Shown here piece by piece: positions 59,860 through 64,000 of a DNA stretch of 64,000 bases (within the stretch, counting starts at the first letter, position 1; the number at the start of each line of letters is the position of its first letter). The notes under the pieces are model-generated. The model saw only the letters and a program-made list of their open reading frames with translations. It searched no databases and was not told the DNA's origin. The DNA lies in NCBI GenBank assembly GCA_002269645.1, contig NIVC01001775.1, positions 21,324 to 85,323 of the forward strand, read 5' to 3'. The position numbers were made by a program, and so were the translations under genes. The DNA is from Macrostomum lignano. Taxonomy: Eukaryota.

Positions 59860-61040
59860 TCAGTGATACACGAGAATCGGTGATACATGAGAGTACATAA
59901 AATACATGAAAATATGTGATATATGAAAATCTGTGATACATAAGAATCAGTGGAACATGAAAATACATGAAATACATGAAAATATGTGATGCATGGGAAT
60001 CTGTGATATCTGAGAATCTGTGATACGTAAGAATCGGTGATTCACGAGAATCGGTGATACCTGCGAATCTGTGATACATGAGAATCTGTGATACATGAGA
60101 ATCTGTGATACATGAGAATCTGTGATACCTTAGAATCTGTGATACATGAGAATCTGTGATACATGAGAATCTGGGATACATGAGAATCTGTGATACATAA
60201 GATTCTGTGATACATGAGAATCGGTGATACATGAAAATCTGTGACACATGAGAATCTGTGATACATAAGATTCTGTGATACGTAAGAATCGGTGATTCAC
60301 GAGAATCGGTGATACCTGCGAATCTGTGATACATGAGAATCTGTGATACATGAGAATCGGTGATACATGAGAATCTGTGATACATGAGAATCTGTGATAC
60401 ATGAGAATCGGTGATACATGAAAATCTGTGACACATGAGAATCTGCGATACATAAGATTCTGTGATACGTAAGAATCGGTGATTCACGAGAATCGGTGAT
60501 ACCTGAGAATCTGTGATACATGAGAATCTGTGATACATGAGAATCTGTGATACATGAGAATCGGCGATACATGAAAATCTGTGATACATGAGAATCTGTG
60601 ATACATGAGAATCTGGGATACATGAGAATCTGTATACATGGAAATCTGTGATACATTAAAATCTGAGACACATGAGAATCTGTGATACATGAGAATCTGT
60701 GATACATGAGAATCTGCGATACATGAGAATCTGTGATACATGAGAATCTGTGATACATGAGAATCTGTGATACATGAGAATCGGCGATACATGAAAATCT
60801 GTGATACATGAGAATCTGTGATACATGAGAATCTGGGATACATGAGAATCTGTGATACATGGAAATCTGTGATACATTAAAATCTGAGACACATGAGAAT
60901 CTGTGATACATGAGAATCTGTGATACATGAGAATCTGCGATACATGAGAATCTGTGATACATGAGAATCGGTGATACATGAGAATCAGGGTACATGAGAA
61001 TCTGATGTACATAAGAATCTAGGATACATGAGAATCTGTG
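59860..61040. repeat. 17-bp minisatellite (GTGATACATGAGAATCT)
   Basis: About 1.2 kb of variant tandem units. Confidence 0.92.
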
Positions 61041-61904
61041 ACCCATCAGAGTTGGTGACACATGAGAAATCTCACGGTAAGCATCGCATTCCCCTGCAGT
61101 TACAGTTCGCAGCCAAGATCCCCAATATCCTTAAGCTGAACTCGGCCACAAATTAACCGATTTTGATAAAGCGATTCGCGCAACTTTTATCAGCCGAGCT
61201 TCTGCTCTCTCAGAGCGAGGCCCAGGCCAACCAATTCAACCAATCAAATGAGGCAAATCAAAATAGAATCAGGAAGCTGGAAGCCCCATCAATGCTCCCC
61301 CACCTCCCTGGAAACTCGGCCTTCCTATCTGCCACGCCATCCTCTTCTTTTGCTGCTTTAACGAGATAACGAGGCTGATGCAATTTCTGCTTTTCCCCGG
61401 GCCCCCTCAGCGGAGGTGGCGGCGGCGGCGGCGGCTTCACATCTTTTTGCGACAAATTTGCCACATCAAACATCCAGCCTCACTTCCTGAGTCTGCTCTC
61501 TTCTGTCTTGAGCCGCGGCCAATTGCTCAACTGGCTTCTCCCACTTGTCAAGTGGGCCAAGGGATGCTGGGCCGCCTTCCCTTCGACTCTGATGAGGCAT
61601 TGTTGAGGAAACCAAATTACCCTTGCTGGCCTCAACTGGGAATCCTTTTTGGCTCTCTTTCCCGTTTATCTTCTCCTCCTCCACCCTCTCTCTCTCCATC
61701 GCTCCTTTTTATCGGCATTAACAAATTGGCAGCTCTTGAGCACCCAGCCACCCCCAGTCACCTCCCCACGCGCGCCGAATCTCGGGGCTTCCTTCCGAGG
61801 CAGGAAGAAAACAGGAAAGGACTGAGCGACTTCACTACAGATTAGCGATGCTTTCTTCTTTGAATGGAAGAGATTCTTTGGTAAGGAAATTCAAGCATCA
61901 GATT

Positions 61905-62592
61905 GTGGCGCTAGATAGTGGCGCTAGATTCTGGCAGTAGACTATGGCGCTAGACTATGGCACGACATTGTGGCGCCTGAGTGTGGCGCTAGATAGTGGC
62001 GCTAGACTATAGCGCTAGATAGTGGCAATCAATTTTGGCGCTAGATTCTGGCGCTAGATTGTTGGTGCTAGACTATGGCGCTAGATTGTGGCGCTAGATT
62101 GTGGCGCTAGATTGTGGCGCTAGATTGTGGCGCTAGATTGTGGCGCTAGATTGTGGCGCTAGATTGTTGGTGCTAGACTATGGCGCTAGATTGTGGCGCT
62201 AGATTGTGGCGCTAGACTATGGCGCTAGATTGTGGCGCTAGATTGTGGCGCTAGATTGTTGGTGCTAGACTATGGCGCTAGATTGTGGCAATCAATTTTG
62301 GCGCTAGATTCTGGCGCTAGATTGTTGGTGCTAGACTATGGCGCTAGATTGTGGCGCTAGATTGTGGCGCTAGATTGTGGCGCTAGACTATGGCGCTAGA
62401 TTGTGGCGCTAGATTGTGGCGCTAGATTGTGGCGCTAGATTGTGGCGCTAGATTGTTGGTGCTAGACTATGGCACTAGATTGTGGCGCTAGATTGTGGCG
62501 CTAGATTGTGGCGCTAGATTGTGGCGCTAGATTGTTGGTGCTAGACTATGGCGCTAGATTGTGGCGCTAGATTGTGGCGCTAGATTGTGGCG
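61905..62592. repeat. 13-bp minisatellite (ATTGTGGCGCTAG)
   Basis: Tandem units with recurrent variants (ATTGTTGGTGCTAG, ACTATGGCGCTAG). Confidence 0.92.
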
Positions 62593-64000
62593 CATGTCTA
62601 TTGCAAGGCCCAGCTTATTGACACCTCTTGTGGCAGGCACATTTTGCCTTGGCAAAGCTGACTTCAAGGCTGCACCAATTCCTGGTGTAATTAAACTCTC
62701 CAGCTCTGCGCCGTCACGCCATCTGCCTTCCGGGTCGGCAATCCTCCGCTGTGTTTATTCACCGATAGTCACTAATATGAGAAGTCAGGCAGTTAAAGAT
62801 CAGCTGTCTCCCAACCCTGCCTAGATTGGTGGCAACGTGCCATTATTTTGGAGATCTGTTTGCCCGTTGTCAAGGACCTCAAGGTCTCTAAGTTAGACAG
62901 CAGAGGGGAATGAGAAATAGACAGAGATCTCGGAAGGGAACGAGTGGGCTGCTCTCTGAGGTGGTTATTGACCCTCCTGTCAAGGTAAGTGCCTAGCTGT
63001 GTCTTCCGGGTGGAGCAGTGTGTGACGCGGAGAGCTGCAGGAAAGATCAGTGTCTCTGGTTCGCCTTCACTTTCCACTCCCCGAGTGAGTAGAGGCGGGA
63101 GGGGAGTGGGTGGGTTTCGGTTTGTAAACACTTCCCCGAGGCTTAAGCCTCTTGTATTCGACAGCCTAGACTGCCAAACACTAGCTGCGCGTCCCGGCGT
63201 CTTGTCAAAAGAGCAATTTCTATTACTCTCTTGCCAGACCTTTTGTTGAGTTGTATTTCATTTTGCTTTGCGCTAAGCTCGATAGCTGTCTCGTGTCTTT
63301 AACTATTCTCTTTTTTAAAAAGCAGAGAGAACACTGGCGGCTCTATCTGACCACTAATTACCAGAGCTGTGGCTCACTGCGCGACCCTGCTGCTCAAACA
63401 CAGAATAATTCATCAAAAAAGTTGACCAATAGTGACGAAGAAGTGAGGGTTGTCCTGTCTATCAGTCTGCCCTGACTATCCTACTTGCTGAGACTGTCAT
63501 CTTGTCTGGCACCTCTGTTGCAGACTGGATGGAAATAAGTAATTAGAACCCTGCCAGGGACTACTCAATTCTCGGGACGGGAAACGGCCAAATCATGCAG
63601 AAAAAAGATGGAGGCCGATTTTCTCTGTTCTCTGCTGATCTTATGTTTTATCGCAAGAGCTTCAGCTTTTTCACTATGTTAACAAATTTATCCCTCTTCA
63701 ACTTCCTGATAGCCTGTTTCTACTCAAATAATTCGGATAAATGCTAGGAGACATTTTATACAGTACCCTTTAATACACAAACTCGATGCTTGATAAGCCA
63801 AGTGCATCTGTTGTAGAAGTCTATGGGAAACATTGAAGCAAGAAGTGAAAGCTTGTATTATATACGATGGCCTATAAGGTAAGGACTGATACCATTTTAG
63901 CATTAGCGAGAAAACCAAAGTCCGTCGCGTTTTGTCTGCCGAAAGAAATTTTAAACCGGACGAGTTGGAAGAATTTCGTAAAATCGACAGTTTGCCAGGC

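Noticed and set aside
61520-61610. LVKWAK resembling nuclear-receptor LBD helix 3
   Set aside because: The following conserved PxF...DQ..LL pattern is absent and the frame soon stops.
23410-62592. Tandem arrays as CRISPR arrays
   Set aside because: The units are contiguous with no unique spacers, there are no cas genes, and the context is eukaryotic and spliced.
63480-63660. Possible decayed LINE RT fragment (PQG.ILG-like)
   Set aside because: It needs assumed frameshifts, and the match is too weak to support.

Overview
Eukaryotic (metazoan) genomic DNA, not prokaryotic. Minisatellite-filled introns and GC-rich, Gln/Ala/Ser-rich exons are compatible with a flatworm such as Macrostomum (inference only). 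1-16.2 kb is a transposon cluster: a LOA-like APE-RT-RNase H LINE with intact ORF2, a 287-bp self-complementary tandem dimer, an internally deleted Tc1, a Gypsy integrase relic, and a three-level nest (THAP/P element with 8-bp TSD > piggyBac at TTAA > 5'-truncated Gypsy). 16.2-22.9 kb is mostly AT-rich intergenic DNA. Three host genes can be rebuilt with phase-consistent splice sites: an 8-exon NEK1-like kinase (22952-37820, +), a NudC/NUDT13-like NADH pyrophosphatase (40000-43972, +, start unresolved) and a 3-exon TLNRD1/MESDC1-like gene (52765-54805, -). There is also a tRNA-Glu(CTC) gene, a 7-kb 33-bp satellite, and a young non-autonomous LTR element (TRIM) just upstream of TLNRD1. All 11 confidently modelled host introns carry their own tandem repeat. 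Most long ORFs in the supplied track are translation artefacts of these arrays. The most unusual signals are the rod-like 287-nt dimer, a CCATAGAC motif shared by termini of unrelated transposon classes, and the one-intron/one-minisatellite architecture.
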